A stretch of 63,736 nucleotides of DNA, filler included, from Choristocarpus tenellus KU-1152 (Eukaryota; Protista; Phaeophyceae): NCBI GenBank assembly GCA_964200185.2. It is 9 parts of 9 records of this genome, joined end to end, with 100 filler letters (N's around TTAATTAATTAA, not from the genome) between each part and the next. Parts side by side here need not be neighbours in the genome. Positions count along the whole stretch, not along the records: positions 36,732 to 44,204 come from CAXNAD020006101.1; positions 44,305 to 47,060 come from CAXNAD020025016.1; positions 47,161 to 55,062 come from CAXNAD020005424.1; 6 more parts are not named here. One strand, given 5' to 3'. The notes beneath the pieces were generated by a model, which was not told where the DNA came from, ran no database searches, and saw only the letters and a program-made list of their open reading frames with translations. Both the position numbers and the translations under genes were made by a program. Below, one piece after another: positions 39,755-52,774 of this stretch (position 1 is its first letter; each line of letters begins with the position of its first letter).

Positions 39755-40014
39755 GAGTCAAGGTATCTTAGAGGGTAGAGCCGCATCCGTTTGGGGGTCA
39801 ACATCCAATTTTGCAGTTTCAATGTAATTTTGGCTATCATGTTTGTTAGGAAGTGTCAATATCCTTGTTATGGACACAACCTTTCATAGAGTATACATTT
39901 TACCTACTCCAAAACATTTCGGAGTAGAAAAAATGTCATTAAAAAAAAAGTGGAAAGCCAAGCCCCAAACGGGCAAACAGGGCAAAACTCATACCCTCTA
40001 AGATACTTTCAGTC
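39755..40014 (+). mobile_element. MITE family A copy 8
   Basis: Family TIRs; ata/ata TSD. Confidence 0.9.
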
Positions 40015-41313
40015 ATACCAAGGTATACCTTTGAAGTGCTGTTCATTTATAAGGTATAACCCAGAGGTTGTTGCCTCAGACTGACATCACCATTCTCTCC
40101 TGATGACATAAACATCAGGATGTTGAGTGGAGCTTCATGTGATAGACACCTCTATGGTAAGGGATACCTCTTTGGAGTGCCCTCCCTTTCTAAGATATAC
40201 CTTACAGTCTTCTTATCTCACATCACATCACCAATTCCTTCAGGATAAATGTTGAGTGGAGCTTCCACGCCCCACATTAGACAAGTAGTTGACATGTCTT
40301 GTGATCGATAGTCAAGCAACATGAGATTAGGATGTAGTTTTCACTATTTTAGCAGTTCCTTCACTGGTTATGTGGAAATGAGCTTCATCTCACAGGGGTG
40401 GATCAGAGTCCCAAACAGATCAGGATCCGATACGTTGCAGGTTTTTGGATGACATTTTTTAGTTGACACGTCGTCCGAATACTTCTGATAGTTACAGATT
40501 TACAATCTAACTATTATTGCCACTTGAACCTGTCCTATTGGCACTGTCCGTGCGCAAACATTCACTGCTTGGCCTGGTTAGGAAGTAGGTCACCAAATAT
40601 ATACGATACTAAAACCAGCCTTTCACAGTAAGTGGTAATCTTACTTTTCCCAGTCTTTTTCGCTCATATTCAAGTTTACTGATTTCAAGAGGGTTGGCAT
40701 GAGAGAAAAAAAAACCCTTGTGGCTTTCTTCTTTCTGCGATTCATTGGATCATCTACCAGGTATGGTTCTATACAATCGTGTTCATGGCTTGACTGATTC
40801 CTCATACTGCATGCTCGTTCAAGGGGAGGGCAAAGCGGACACGACCCAGACGTTTGTGCTGCCACGTTTCTTTTTTCTTGATTTTATGTTACTGTTTACA
40901 TGTGCTCTCCTCTTCAATACCTTTCATCACGGGTCAGAAGACACCTCAGACTAATTAAGAGATGGTAATGGTAATAACAGTAGTTACCGCTATTAATTAC
41001 TCTGTAGTAGTGAAGTACAACAATACGATAATAGGTTTGATATGCACATGACAGTCCCATGTGAATAAACTTTTTTGGATACAGAAGTGTACGCTACTCG
41101 TGGAAGAAGCCAGTGTATAGTAAAGTGGTTTGGTACTAACATTATTTACCTACTATTGTTAATAGCTGCTCTTCAGTCATGGAACCTGTAAAACACGGGT
41201 AAATGGACAAAATGAGATGGTACAGTAACAATGTTTTTGTCTATTCTTATGTTTGTTTTTTGTTTTTATTAAGATTGTGAAACAGCATCGAATTAGTTCA
41301 GTTCAATAGAATT

Positions 41314-41385
41314 GACTCTGTGGCGCAACGGTAGCGCGTCAGATTCCAGACCTGAAGGTTGCGAGTTCGAATCTCGTCAGGGTCA
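41314..41385 (+). tRNA. trnW: tRNA-Trp (anticodon CCA)
   Basis: 72-nt cloverleaf: acceptor GACTCTG/CAGGGTC, D-arm GCGC/GCGC, anticodon loop TT-CCA-GA, T-arm GCGAG-TTCGAAT-CTCGT, followed by a TTTT Pol III terminator. Confidence 0.93.
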
Positions 41386-42510
41386 CTTTTCTCGAGTATT
41401 CACTTTTTGTTGCCCATTTCTAAATTTGTGTAGTCTTTGTGTGAGAGCGTCCTGATGTCGAGTCCTGATTTCGAGTCCTGATGTCGACATAAAGATAGTT
41501 CGGCTCAGTCAGTATTCTTGCAAGTGTGTGCACCCGCTCGTCCTCAGACTTCAGTTTTAGCGAAATCTGATTTTGATAATCCAATCCTTTGACTACAGGA
41601 TCAGGGTGTTTGCACTGGACACCTGTGCTGACCTTATCGACATTTGGTGAGAAATCGGAAGACCTACAATCAGTTTGCTCGGGATACCCCCTAAATCACG
41701 AACAATCACTTCAAAACCAACATTTTTCAATTTGGTTATTTCATTTCCTTATCCTTAACAATATGCCTATACCTCTATTCACCCTCTCTTGTTCGAAATT
41801 TGAAATAGACAGCATAGAGGACCACCAACCCAGCACAGCAGTCCCACAACAGACAACAGCCCTGCACCAGGACACTCTACCCATTCAACTTCCATACGTT
41901 CTCCCTTCCGTTCATCTAGTACTCTTTGGCTGAGAGGGGTTGGCAGCATATAGGTTCACAAAGAACATCAGCATGTATGCTTTGAGTTGGCATTGTAAGG
42001 AACCCCCCAGAGACAAAGACCACATCTACAATCGCACTTCAGAGAGACCACCTGTGAGAGTTTTCTGAAGCGGCTATGTCATCTCTCATATTTCACGGTA
42101 CACTCTTGGTTGCAGATGGCACACTCATCGTTGCTCTTGCCATGCCAGCAAGCTTGGCCCTTCCTTGCTATTGTCTATCAGTGGGAGTTTCTGGAGGATG
42201 ATGAGATTGTGTCCCGCCTGAGGCATTGCACCAACATATGTATCAACAAATTGACGGATAACCAAGCACAAAAACTCTCATTTCAAGGTTGGGCATCTAG
42301 AGCAACTGAAGCGAGCCTTAGATATGCTAGCAGAGATAGCACTGGGTAACAGGAGCAAGTACGATGGCAAGTAGCGGTTGAAGTTTGCTGAGAGTAGAGA
42401 AGCTGCTACAAAATAGCTTACCTCCACGGAATGTGTAGCTCTGGTTCACAAACCTATAGATGGTGCAGATCCACATACAGGACGCCTGAGATATACCGAT
42501 AGTCCGATGG

Positions 42511-42777
42511 CACAGGGGTTTGCTAGTGTTCTTACAAACGCTACTCTCGTCGGATTGAATCTGGCCATGGTTACATATCTGTTAGAAGGCTAAACACGCC
42601 GCCAGGAAACAGAACTTCCCATTAGTAACTGCCCCGCCGAATTTAGTCACCGATTAGGGGGATAGCAACCCTCGGGTGAAACCTCATCAAGTCTAACTTA
42701 TCAAGTCTAACTCATGGAGTCTAACAGCTTGCGATCCCCGGGATTAGCTGTTGTTAGAACACTAGTAAACCCTAGTG
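42511..42777. mobile_element. CACTA/EnSpm-like non-autonomous element
   Basis: TIRs cacaggggtttgctagtgttcttac... / ...gttagaacactagtaaaccctagtg (reverse complement begins CACTAGGG); internal tcaagtctaac repeats; no clear TSD. Confidence 0.6.
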
Positions 42778-42844
42778 TCTACTGAGGAGGCAGTCATGAA
42801 AGAAATACTAATCAACAATCAACGTACAACAACAGCCATCTTCT

Positions 42845-42995
42845 GGCTTAAAGTATCTGAGGGGGGGTGGCAGCCGTCTGTATGCAGTCAATTTTTTCAT
42901 GTCACGATCTTTGTGTGATTTAGTTGCATACGTCCGATGGATAACGAAAAAATACATTTTTCGTGATTTTGGTTCAAATGGACACCCTGGTGTAG
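42845..42995 (+). mobile_element. Family B asymmetric element, full length
   Basis: GGCTTAAAGTATCTGAGGGGGGGTGG ... AAATGGACACCCTGGTGTAG. Confidence 0.75.
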
Positions 42996-43449
42996 ACTTC
43001 TCCCTCTCCCCAGATGCTTTTGGTCTTCTGCTGATATGAAGAAGAAAGAGTGAAGAAAAAACAAACAATAGAAGAAGAGAACAAACTTGAACCAATATGC
43101 GATTCATCTCAAGTGACGTATCCTATTCCTGCGTGTGGAACGCAGAGCGACTGTTATGTACTACGGTGTTCAGATGGTAATTGATATTGTGGTGTGATGA
43201 ACTTGTGACAGTAACGTCCAGAGCGCAACAGACCAATCAACAGTCCGTGTTGACTGGTGGAACTGTATCATATCAAGGAACAAACAGATGAGTAGCCTCT
43301 ATGTTTTAACAGATGGTAGGTATCAGGTCGGCTGATGATGGTGTAGTTCTTTTAAGAGTTAGCGTACGCCAAACAAAAATCAAGGCCTGAAGCGTGTGGG
43401 CGATCTCGGTCCATGAAATTCTTTCTCATTAGGATTTCATACACCGTAA

Positions 43450-43551
43450 GGCCATCTCCTATACGCACGTTATGTTTGCTGTTTGGGTTTGATTTTGATG
43501 AAAAACTGAACGGGAAAAAGAGAACGGGAAAAATGTGACTGAAGAGAGTTA
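43450..43551 (+). mobile_element. PIF/Harbinger-type terminus (non-autonomous fragment)
   Basis: TAA|GGCCATCTCCTATACGCACGTT..., homologous to the reverse complement of 61723-61826. Confidence 0.7.
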
Positions 43552-43625
43552 TATGATAGATTTAATTTCAACTATACCGACACCTTGTATTGTACACACA
43601 AGATCTTCCCGTTCAAAATAGGACA

Positions 43626-43870
43626 GAGTGAAAGTATCTTAGAGGGTACGAGTTTTGCCCTGTTTTGGCTCCCCATTGGATTTTTAAAGATATTTTCCTA
43701 CTCCAAAGTGTTTCGGAGTAGGAAAAATGTATATGTTACGAAAAGGTGTGTTCGAAACAAGGACATTGACACTCCCTAACAAACACGATAGCCAATTTTT
43801 CATCTAAATCACAATAATGGATTTTGACCTCCAAATGGACTCAGTCCTACCCTCTGAGATGCTTTGGCTC
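43626..43870 (-). mobile_element. MITE family A copy 9
   Basis: Family TIRs; aca/aca TSD; small internal deletion. Confidence 0.9.
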
Positions 43871-44204
43871 ACAATAGTGAGGTGTACCTTATTTTGTGTA
43901 TATGACATTATTGTGTTGAATTGAGTCCATGCGATGTAACTAAGGAGATAGTACATCCGGATTATGTATGGGATAATATGTATTGGTATTTATTCCGCTT
44001 TCAACTACTTTGACATAACCGTTGACTTAGATAGGAAGCACAAATAAATAATAAACAAGCAATCAGGAGACACCACACAGAGGTCACTCTTCTCTTCTTT
44101 CAACCATGTAATCACGTTCAGCAAAGGGGGTCGTGTGAGGCTTCACACCTTCTTATCTTCACTACTAACAAATAGCATTACCTCCCAAGGTAATTTGTAC
44201 ACTT

Positions 44205-44304
44205 NNNNNNNNNNNNNNNNNNNNNNNNNNNNNNNNNNNNNNNNNNNNTTAATTAATTAANNNNNNNNNNNNNNNNNNNNNNNNNNNNNNNNNNNNNNNN
44301 NNNN
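44205..44304. other. Artificial contig linker
   Basis: N44-TTAATTAATTAA-N44. Confidence 0.97.
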
Positions 44305-46988
44305 CCCCCCCATAACCTTTTTTTTTCTTATCCTACTAAATGTTTACCACGGAGTGTGAAATATATCCCCAGCATATTTTTCTCTTTTTATGTGTGATCG
44401 TGTGCCTTAAACATTTGGAGGAGAGTAAGAATTATTCTCAGAAGGATTTGTATTACATCATTGGAGATTGGAGTTTTTTATTTTTATTTTCAGGGTTAGG
44501 GGGAGTTAAGAGTTGGAATGTGCACTGAATTCAACGCACAAATTGGAGCTGCTAATGTTGATGTGTACTGTTGCACTGGGTATTGTTGCGTGTTCTTGTG
44601 GTGGAAAGTGCGGTATGTATGTATAAGAAAAAAAAACGTATTTGCCCCGAAGAGTCAGAAGTGTCATTTTTCATTTCGATTTTGTATCCCTTAGTCAATC
44701 GCAGGATTCTGGAAAGGGTTGAAGGTGAGTCAATGGGCCTGAGCTAGCCCCCCCCCCCTTTCTCCCCACTGTCAACCCCCAAATGAATATCTGATTCCTC
44801 GTACTATCTTATCGAACTCCCTGGTGAGTTGTTTGTGTTCTCTGTTAAATGATGTTCCCCTATTTATAGCGACCTTTGGAATACTTATTTAATGATTTTG
44901 CAGTATTGATAGTTGTGTGCCACCACCACGGTGCTTTTTATCTGTGCTATGCTGTTGTATATTGCATTTTAATTAGGATGAAAGTCAGTACGTGGGGTGG
45001 GGGATCTAGCGGATACTGAAATAGCACAGAATTTTGTCAAGCAAGAGAGGAGGTGATGGGGTTCTCCCTTCTTTTGGTTTCGTTGTGGGTATGACAAAGT
45101 TTACTGTGCTAGAGAATGAGTGTTTATCTCATGGAATGGATTTAGTGCTAATACCGTTAATCAGGGTCCTTCATTTGGAACTGGGCTGTGGTGTGGTCCA
45201 GTACATAGGTCCGGTTCAGGGTCACGGACATAGTCCTGTACCGACCCTGTTGTTAAGTATTGGGGCTGGTCCATGAAACGGACCGTAGGGATTTTGTTGA
45301 AAGCCATGGTCTGGCCCTGGGTCAGAATAATCTTACTTTGGGCTAGCCTCCTAAATAGGCATCTATGTATATTATAGGTACATCTATGGGTATTCTTACT
45401 GTCAATAGATCTTGAGAGTCCATGGATGGTCAGGTGTGTCACAAGCAATATTTAGTGTTTGCGGTCCAAACTTTCCGAACAGATTTTGGTAGTGGGGAAG
45501 GTTTGTTTTTTGGAAGATCTCCAGACCCTCCGGTGTATATCAGAATACATACTATATATATGCACTCTAGGGTTAGGGCTCGGGTATATTACGGCATATT
45601 TATGGATCGATCTTAACCGTCTGTGCATTGAACTTCAGAAAATATCTGAAGACCCTGGACTGGGCCTGTCTAAAAATATTGGAACCGGGCTGGTTCATGG
45701 ACTGGACCATATAAATAATTGACGACCATCTACCAGGCCTCTCAGAAAATGGTTTGACCGGCAGATGAGGCTGTTCCGTTTTGCCAAATGAAAGACCCTT
45801 TTTTTGTAGTGGTAGTGTGGGTGTGAAGAGAGGGTCAACGGCCTTTTTTTTTATGATTTACTGAGGATTGTTGGAGTATTGCTGAGATTGTTACTATGAT
45901 ATCCTTTATCCACTCGGACATACCTATCCACTGTATTTGCTACTTCTATTGGTCTAAACTGTGCCCTTTGACGCTACTGTGTCTTGCCTGTGCCTTGCCC
46001 TCCTACCTCTCTCGGGAATCAGTCCATGTTAGTCAATGGCTTCTAAAGATAGGAAGAAGTTGGAATGTATATATATATATATTTTCTTTTATACTCCCTC
46101 ACTTTCAGCCAACTATGTATACCCCGAATCTTACCCAATCCCACCCCTCCTAAGGCTCTATTACTGTGGGTATCCTCACACATGCCACAACTGATGGTCA
46201 CCCGTGGTATCCCCATATAGTCACCACCCCCACCCCGACCCTGTGGTGGTGCCCCCTCCCCCACCTGCTCCTTCTGCTCCTTCCGCCTCTCCCTCCTGAG
46301 CCGAATATATCTACCAAGAATCTTGATCCTTAGCTGCCTCCTAGATCACCTCGCCCCTCTCACAACCCCCCAAGCCTCTGTCTTCTTGATATGTACCCTC
46401 TTATAACTGCCCACCCTGCTTTCTCCTCGTGTGATGAAGGTGCTGGTGGGTGTAGGGGAAGCAGCACTGCCGAGCAATATAACATCTGCATTGGAATGCG
46501 CCAAGTTCCTCAACTCTAGAACCTACCCTTGCCAGCTATGGTTCAGAGACACAAAGAAGTACATGGAACTGGCGCGTTTCTTTGCTGTACCCTCTCCACC
46601 ACCGTAGCTCATGAATCATTTTTTCTTTTACTGAAGTTTATGTTGGTAATTTCTACATCTACATGCTGGTCTTCTGTGTCTCGTAAGATGTCAAGCAAGG
46701 TTGGGGTGGAGGTCACAACAGGGGGTCAACACCAGGGTTATATTAAAGGCATGGAACTTATTAGTTGGCTGTCGGAACTGGTGTGACTGTATGGTGAAGT
46801 TGTGATGGAGTAGGTGTGGTGACCAATCGTGTAGTGACCAATCTGTATGGGAAGCATTTGTTGTGGTCAACTTCCTGAGTCTCATGGAGAGGAGGTCATT
46901 GCATCTTCCATTGGGCATGATACATGTGTATCCCTCCTATTGTACCCACTGTGATTGGTTATTTGTGGGATGCTGAAAGAGGAGATTG

Positions 46989-47060
46989 GGCTCAAAGTAT
47001 CTGAGGGGGGTGGCGGCTGTCCATTTGGGGTCAATTTTTTCATGTCGCGATTTTTGGGTG
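46989..47060 (+). mobile_element. Family B element left end, truncated by gap
   Basis: ggctcaaagtatctgaggggggtggcggctgtccatttggggtc. Confidence 0.75.
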
Positions 47061-47160
47061 NNNNNNNNNNNNNNNNNNNNNNNNNNNNNNNNNNNNNNNN
47101 NNNNTTAATTAATTAANNNNNNNNNNNNNNNNNNNNNNNNNNNNNNNNNNNNNNNNNNNN
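47061..47160. other. Artificial contig linker
   Basis: N44-TTAATTAATTAA-N44. Confidence 0.97.
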
Positions 47161-47726
47161 CCCCCCCACAGACAGGGTATGCCTCAAATCAACACATTAT
47201 TTGTGCTTCCCTCCACATGCAGAGACCTCTCCCACACAAAAGAGGGGCTGGGTATCACCGATCAAGCGGCATGCAAGCAAATCATAAACGCCATCAGCTC
47301 AATTCGGGACAAACAATACCAAAGGGCGTAACGTCCCAAGTGCTGACAACTCCAGCTGGCTACAAGACGTGGACACAACACTGAGCAGTGACCCTTGCTC
47401 TGGTCGAGACAAGACTTTCGTAGCAGGAGGTTGCATATCCTGGACTGAGTGCGGATGACAAGCTGGGAAAAAAAAAGTAGACACAAAGATGGCATCTGCA
47501 GATCAATCTTGATGTTGAAAGGCAATTCTTCAACGCAGCACAAAACCAGGCCGTGACCATCCCATGGGTAGATGAACCTGTGATAAAACCCCAACTATAA
47601 CCCAAAGACGCGTTCATGGCACAAACCTTCTGTAAGCATCCGAAACACGAATAGCTTACCCCATGCATGATACTGCAATCCCTTCTCGACTACTGTATGC
47701 AATCAACCAATCAACAACCAATCAGC

Positions 47727-50700
47727 CTATGAACCTCTTCTCTTTCTCACCCTTGATCGTGTTATCATACCAACCGGGGGTTCATCCTCCATATTGCCAG
47801 CGGGTACCAAATCCCTCAACTCGCTTCCCTCGTCAACATCATGCACCGCCCCTTCATTTACATCACCATCAAATGCATCCTCTGAGGTTATGACTGTCTC
47901 CTCAAACACCTCAACACCAGCATCTTCACCATCACCTGCACTACATACAGAGGACCCACCAGAATTTGAAAGGCCCAACGCTCCTGAAGGTTCTGTAAAC
48001 TCTACATCTGAGAAACAAGTCACACCCTCTGCAGTGCCACCTAGTGTTCTGCCCGTACCACTATGCCTGGACGGCCTGTTCGGGCTCAACCTGTTGGAAA
48101 CCTTTGGTAAGCCACCTAAACTGAAGCGATAGCCACCACCACCACCACCACCACCACCACCATCATCATCATCCTTGGACTGTAGAACATCATCAACAGG
48201 ACAATCTCTTCCACGCAGCCAATACACTGCACCTGACATCAAGATGATGGCAGCAGTAGTTCCCACTGCCACCCTAATGCTTAAAGCTAATTTTGTCTTC
48301 AACAAGCCCCCTTCACCCCTCTGGTTTGAAGACAAGGCCCAAATCTGCTCAAGGGTAGCTTGTTCCTCCAGGGACGTACTGGGTTGAGTTGGCAATAAAA
48401 AAGCACCATCTATTCGACCCACAAACGCCCCGGTGCTGAACTTTTCATCTGAGCAGTGGGGACAAGAGTATGCAAACCCGATCAATAACCCTGACTGCAC
48501 CATGTGCTAGAATACAAATAGGCTGTAGCATGCAACAGAATAAAATGATCTGCAGATTCTTTTGCTGTGAATTATCAACAAAGGTCCTTCCTTCTAAACC
48601 AAGCACGACAGATTGCAACAGTTGACTGCACAGGGCGGAATAGTGCACGTATCTATTGCTGTAAATAGATATGTGATAGGATTTTGGTAGGGTTAGGGTC
48701 AGGGTTACGGCAGGTTCCCCCCAGCGATTCAAAATTCATCACTGCACCATCTAGGGAACAACAGATGTCCTAAACAGAAAAAAGACAATTTGAACACGTG
48801 TGGGCCAAGGATATCGTACAATGCTACTACTAGAATGAAATGGTCTGGTCTATTTAAACATGAAATACACCAGACTTGGCATAAATGTTACAATAGAGGG
48901 TTGCAGCATGGTTTTACAACGGTAACCAATAATATCTGATGGTAAGAGAGACACCCTAGCCCCAAGAACCTTTCTTCTAGGCAGTAACTGACACCTAGGG
49001 AAAGAGCCTATTGAGTTATTTCATCAGTTGCATCATTACAGTGTTCAAGATGTAACAAACCCTTGCGGAAACAGGCCACGTACACCAAGACCATACACAC
49101 ATGCACACACACACACACACACAAGTATTTTTCATCAGCTCTCCTCCTGAAAAAAATAAAAAATTAATCCAACAAGTCTCTCAAACGAATGCGTTTCATT
49201 GGTCATGGGTATTCTCAACATCGCACAATACTCTCCCATAGACAGCAAAACCATTTAATCAAATCAATGTGGGGAAGGGGGGGTAAGATTGAAGTGTGTA
49301 GGACAGTGTTCCTCAAATTGAAATTGTGCCTAGTACGGAGTAAATCACATCACTACAATACAAGTGCTTTACTTGCACTGATGAAGTCATTATCGCTTGA
49401 GAAATTCCCCCAGGAAGTGTACCCGCCCGTCACTCCCCAAAAGCAAAGGGCTATGCAAGGATTAGATTCTCGACTCGACCAGGATTAAGAATGAGAAAAC
49501 ATACCGCAGCCCCAGAGGAACCCTGAATTCACACAAAAAAAGGGGTTGACAGTTCCAAATAAACCAGAAAAGATGAAGAGAACTGTCCTAAAGCTAAGAA
49601 CACACATGACAGAGAGTGTGTTTAGCAGACTAGAGTCCAAGGCCTTACCAGGATACTGCCATCTCTCAAGAAGGATCTCTTTCCCATTCATGCCTTCTTC
49701 TATGTCACTTGGGTTGGAAATGCCCTCGTCGTCCCCCCCTACCTGTAGCAAGAACAGTGAACCAGCTCCACTAACACTGGTTCCATTATACTCCATATGG
49801 GACCTGAGGGTCGTCGGGGTTATCCATCAACCAATCCAAATCCCTTTGTCAGAAACCGTAGTACAAATGTACTACACTTTGAATTGCATTGCAAGCGTTC
49901 CTCAACAAAATCAATCCCTGTGTTTCAGTATTCAAAATTCTCCTACCACCCAGAAAAAAAAACATGTTAGGCCTGCTCGTAGAGTTTATTAGCATGCGAG
50001 TCTTTTGTCCGTGCATGCCAAAATTTTAAAAAATGTATCACGGCAGTTCATTTTAAGCATTGCACTGTTGAGGGTGGTCTAGAACTTACAGGGAAGAGTC
50101 TCAGGAGACTATGACATCATGCCTGGCCCCATAGGAACAGTAGCCACTCATCACTCAAAAACACGCACCTTCAGATTGTGTCTGTTTTTCAAAAATTGAG
50201 GAATGACAAAAGCCACATACCTCACACAAACACACATCTACGCTAGGTACATCTCTGAGGACTACACAGATAATAGCACAGTCCTCAAAAATTTATAGCC
50301 ATGCTTTGATCTGATCAGGTGCAAATGCCCACTTATGCAGACCCGACACAATGAGAGGGTGGAACAGCACTATTCTGTACATGCCACCAACATTACTAAT
50401 GCCAGCATTCCACCCAAGAGGCCAAGCATCAGAAACCCAAATCGCTCCATAGCAACACTGGTACGCTAGATGTGCTCCAGACTGAACAGAGTGACGACAA
50501 TAGAATTTTCAATTTCCTATGAAGAAAACTCTTCACAAACAAAAAAAAACGTCGCATCGAGCAAACAGGCAGCATTGTCCATGGAGAGGAGGCTCTGAGG
50601 TGTACCAAATTCTGAACAGAAAATCAACAAGTACAACCATACCCCTCTTTCAAGGTTCAGTTGTCCAAAGTATAGACAGCCTACCAATGCACGAAGAGAT

Positions 50701-52427
50701 CACAATCCATTTAATCCCAACCCCCTAACCCTGCTTTTCGCTACAGTACATAGTACAGAGTATATGAGACCACCAGAGTAACATCAAACTAAACGGTAGG
50801 TCCAACACCTATGTGGGAGGTGAGGTCAAAAATCAGTACTGCTAAACAAGGAACGAACACAATGGTTGTGAGGTTCTCACCAGTTATCATCGAAGAGTAG
50901 GAGCAATGGATCCAACAAGAGCACACTCTCCCCTCTGAGTGCGTGCACATTACGGAACACGACCAACGCCTTGCCTGGGCAGTGCAATATTGCTTTACAC
51001 ACCAAATGCTTAACCAGGGATTGGGCCTATTATTGGAGGCAAGCCCGGGCAGAGGGAGGGGGGGGGCACAATGTGGACATGATTTAACCATTATTGTGGT
51101 TACTTACTGAAAATACTATTTTAAATCCAATTTTTTTAATTCAAGCGATGGAGATGAGATATGAGTTGGGGATGCCAAGCAGGGAAAGAATTCCAGTTTG
51201 CCATGAAATGATGGGTTGAACAAGTCATCTGTCCTCCTAACTCCACACATGCAAGTTGGGTCAACGAGATGAACATGAGTGCTTCAGGATTATAATGATG
51301 CTTACAAATGCATCTGGGACAGGTTGGAGGAGGTGAGCACAATCAAGTTGCTACTATCCATTGATTCACTGTCGGTGCGTAGATGTGCAAAAATAGTCTT
51401 TGTCTATACTGTCTATACTAGTCGTAGGTGCAATTATGGTCAAAGAATGATGCAAAACCACAGCCAAAGAGCGAAACTAAACTAAAAAGGTATCTGTCTC
51501 CTTTTCGTAATAGGGACTATAGAAGATTTCAATGCCACAGAAGCTCCAACAGGACACCAACCTATACACCTATTTCTGGCGTTCACACTGCTGTGGATGA
51601 ATGTAGCGGAATAAACCTTAATTAATCCAGGAAGGGCAAACAGTCCACGATTAGTAACCACCTCGCACCTCCTCCAACCCATCATTATGGAAAATGCGTA
51701 GTACTTCCTTCATGTCTATCAAGGCAACATGCCCCATGGGATCCTTGTAGAGGGAATCAGCCACAGCCTTGGCCACTACGTCAGTGCCCCACCGCCCTCC
51801 CCCAAGCATTGCGTATACATGCGGTGAGTCAGGAAGATTGCTCCTGCCCGCAGAGGGAGAGTTTGGTAAGTGGGCTTTGGGTATAAATGCAACTCCCTGT
51901 TCGAAGCGAAAGGATTGCAAACGTGAGAATTAAGCTTGTTGCAGAGGTAGGGGCTGACTGATCCCTCGCACGCCTTTGCATATTCTCAGGGAAACGCTCA
52001 CCCAATGATTATTGAGTGAAGGCTCTCCACCAAGCGTGTGATGTCACGGGAAGAAACCGGAAACTGAGCACCTAGTTTCACGTGCAAGATAGGAGCACGA
52101 GTAAGAGTGCAGAAGATAACGCAAGGTTCAAAATGTTTCCTCCTTACCTCTCTAACACATTCGCCACAGCACCTTACTCATGTAATTCTTCCCTTTTTAT
52201 CTCATACACTTACTAAGGTTTTCATTCAGGAGTTTCGAACCATCTTGGAACTCTCTTCTCTCACAGCGTCCCCCAACGAACACCGTGTCGCGGACATGTT
52301 GGAGGACACCACTAGCCTTATCCGAAAGGTCTTCTAACCACGAGCCTTCGACTCCTAAACTGCTACTTGACCAGGCGAAGCATAGGGAGATGGCCGCCCA
52401 TACTCCTTGAAGTAAAGGTGTCTTCAT
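47727..52427 (-). CDS. Torsin-like AAA-fold pseudo-ATPase, predicted type I membrane protein; 6 exons: 52427-52214, 52071-52002, 51843-51669, 51026-50881, 49803-49649, 48448-47727 (~493 aa)
   Basis: All five introns are GT-AG and phase-compatible. Signal peptide (WAAISLCFAWSSS); degenerate Walker A region PHVYAMLGGGRWGTDVVAKAVADSLY; torsin-like CPGKALVVFRNV at Walker B; FVGRIDGAFLLP; TM VAVGTTAAIILMSGAVYWL; acidic/Gly-rich tail ending ITRSRVRKRRGS. Confidence 0.72.
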
Positions 52428-52774
52428 AGGTTGTTTACGTATTGTGTATGTAAATTATCGGTAAGTGAAGTGAAGGTATTTCTCCTTTTTCTAAAAACTA
52501 AATGTCTCATTATTGAGAGAGAATTGAATAATACACAGACGATATGAATTGTATTTATCAAATATCACCAAAATGAGACAGGAAGAGGTGTACCTGGGAT
52601 AGTGAAATATGTCCAACAAGGTGGGAAAGAGGCAACCAATACCAATCGAATGTGTGGGATTGCAGTGAGGGTGAGGAAACTAATGGCGGAGTGGGTTGCT
52701 CCCCAATCCTGACTAAAGTTTGTGCTTTCGGCATTGAAGAAGGAAAGCTGAGAAGCTAAAGGGTTGAGGTTGCC
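52428..52774. promoter_or_regulatory. Putative bidirectional promoter between the divergent torsin-like gene and PRP38
   Basis: Only 347 bp between the two divergent ATGs; contains CCAAT/ATTGG-like elements (accaataccaatc). Confidence 0.5.
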
